The notes under the pieces: generated by a model
What the model was told of the DNA's origin: nothing
The model's input: the letters and a program-made list of their open reading frames with translations, nothing else
The model's database searches: none
Program-made: the position numbers and the translations under genes
From: a virus
Reading direction: 5' to 3' (one strand)
DNA length: 6,162 nt
Virus record (IMG/VR): IMGVR_UViG_3300020041_000053
Span: 1 to 6,162 of that record
Part shown: positions 5,043-6,162 of the stretch, piece after piece
Position numbering within the stretch: the stretch's first letter is position 1
Layout: every line of letters begins with the position of its first letter

Positions 5043-6113
5043 TTAAATGTTTAGTTGAAGTTTATAATGATCTCTCCAAAACCGAAGAATATCTAAGTCT
5101 AGCCAAGTAGGGGGATCAAAATCGGGCATCTTCCGAGAAGAGGCGGAGAAACGCATTATTTGCTTTTGCTCCCACGTATACGACGCTCTACGGGATACGG
5201 AGGAATCGAGATTGAACCGCTCAACACACAGAGACACAACACGCTTAACCAGAGAAGACTTGCTAAAACGTGCATAAGAGTCAGCAGCGGTAATCGAACG
5301 ACAAACTTCGTCTTCCGATTTGAGATACTTAAGGTAATATCGAGGAATCGAGTAATTATAATTGATACGCTTCTCAAAATCGTAATAAGACCACGACGAA
5401 GTACGAACAGAAGGGCGAGGCATATAGCCGAGAAAATCACCAACGCCAGCAGATACGAATTTTCGCGTATAACGGCGATGTTGGAGGAGGCAAGATAAAG
5501 GTGTAAGGTTTCCATCTATGGTAACAAATTTGTCCGAAACTTCTTCGGGGTTAAACTGAATTTGCTTAGTAACATACTTAACGCAGTAACGAGCACGCTT
5601 ATGGGTAGCCTTCCCCAACCACACAAAACCGAGATCTCGAACAGCGGAACGAATCGTGTTATAGAGAACGTTTGTGCCAAACAAAAAACCATGGAAATGC
5701 AATCGAGGTTCATTTCCTATTTCTGGGTGAGTACCAAACTCCTGAAAAAAAGCGTGTTTAAACGAATGGCCTAGCTTATGGCGCAGACGTTCGTTGAATC
5801 GACGAATAAACCAAGAGGGGTCAAGCAAGGCCTTGTCGTAATGCTTCGGAGCAATCGTTATTGTGATAAAAATAGCCTGCTGACTATTAGCCTTACAGCA
5901 AGCGAGTTCGCGCTCGAGGCGAACGAACCAATCATTACGCTGGCGACGCAGACAGTCTTCGCACTTTCCACAAGGAACCATAAGCCACTGACGCGCGATG
6001 TCCCAGGGGCGGAGAGCCAAAGCAGACTTTGCGACGTCAGAACCATGGCGACAAGGATTCTTCTTGTCGAAATAGCGACGATTCCGTATCCATATGGGCG
6101 ACGAACAGGGCAT
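5043..6113 (-). CDS. VP4: HUH rolling-circle replication initiation protein (VP4, phiX174 A family)
   Basis: 356 aa. The N-terminus has MPCSSPIWIRN and VPCGKCEDC (CGKCEDC at 5952..5972). Motif I is FITIT (5856..5870). Motif II is the HUH triplet H-F-H in PRLHFHGFLF (5691..5699). Motif III is the double tyrosine YCVKYVTK (Y176 at 5586..5588, Y180 at 5574..5576), compared with phiX174 A YVAKYVNK. Its first 24 codons lie inside the terminal repeat. Confidence 0.93.
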   Translation of the reverse strand: MPCSSPIWIRNRRYFDKKNPCRHGSDVAKSALALRPWDIARQWLMVPCGKCEDCLRRQRNDWFVRLERELACCKANSQQAIFITITIAPKHYDKALLDPSWFIRRFNERLRHKLGHSFKHAFFQEFGTHPEIGNEPRLHFHGFLFGTNVLYNTIRSAVRDLGFVWLGKATHKRARYCVKYVTKQIQFNPEEVSDKFVTIDGNLTPLSCLLQHRRYTRKFVSAGVGDFLGYMPRPSVRTSSWSYYDFEKRINYNYSIPRYYLKYLKSEDEVCRSITAADSYARFSKSSLVKRVVSLCVERFNLDSSVSRRASYTWEQKQIMRFSASSRKMPDFDPPTWLDLDILRFWRDHYKLQLNI

Positions 6114-6162
6114 TACATGAAACTTCTAAGACAGTCAAATCTAATAGCAGGATAATCGAGAC
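6042..6162. repeat. Terminal direct repeat, copy 2 (identical to 1..121)
   Basis: Exact 121-nt identity with the window start. It spans the 5' end of the Rep gene and the 3' end of the 66-aa ORF. Confidence 0.97.

Overview
This window is one complete circular ssDNA phage genome of the family Microviridae, of the non-phiX (gokushovirus/alpavirus-like) type. Bases 1..121 are identical to 6042..6162, so the unit genome is 6,041 nt and the window is that circle plus a 121-nt overlap. All credible genes are on the minus strand and tightly packed. In transcription order they are: a 66-aa ORF whose stop overlaps the Rep start (TAATG); the HUH rolling-circle replication initiator (VP4-like, 356 aa); the major capsid protein (VP1/F-like, 598 aa); a 98-aa acidic protein; a 67-aa very basic ORF; a 63-aa protein with a textbook lipoprotein signal and lipobox; the DNA pilot/minor capsid protein (VP2/H-like, 417 aa); and two ORFans of 106 and 107 aa. 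The only long non-coding stretch (273..517) is GC-rich and filled with stem-loops. It holds a compact three-way junction and a terminator-like hairpin followed by a T-run. None of the nine starts has a Shine-Dalgarno motif, which suggests a Bacteroidota-type host. No rRNA, tRNA, CRISPR array, integrase or transposase is visible. The most interesting items are the lipoprotein gene (candidate lysis or exclusion factor), the structured intergenic region (candidate complementary-strand origin, promoter and terminator), the basic ORF that coincides with a long imperfect hairpin, and the three-ORFan accessory set.
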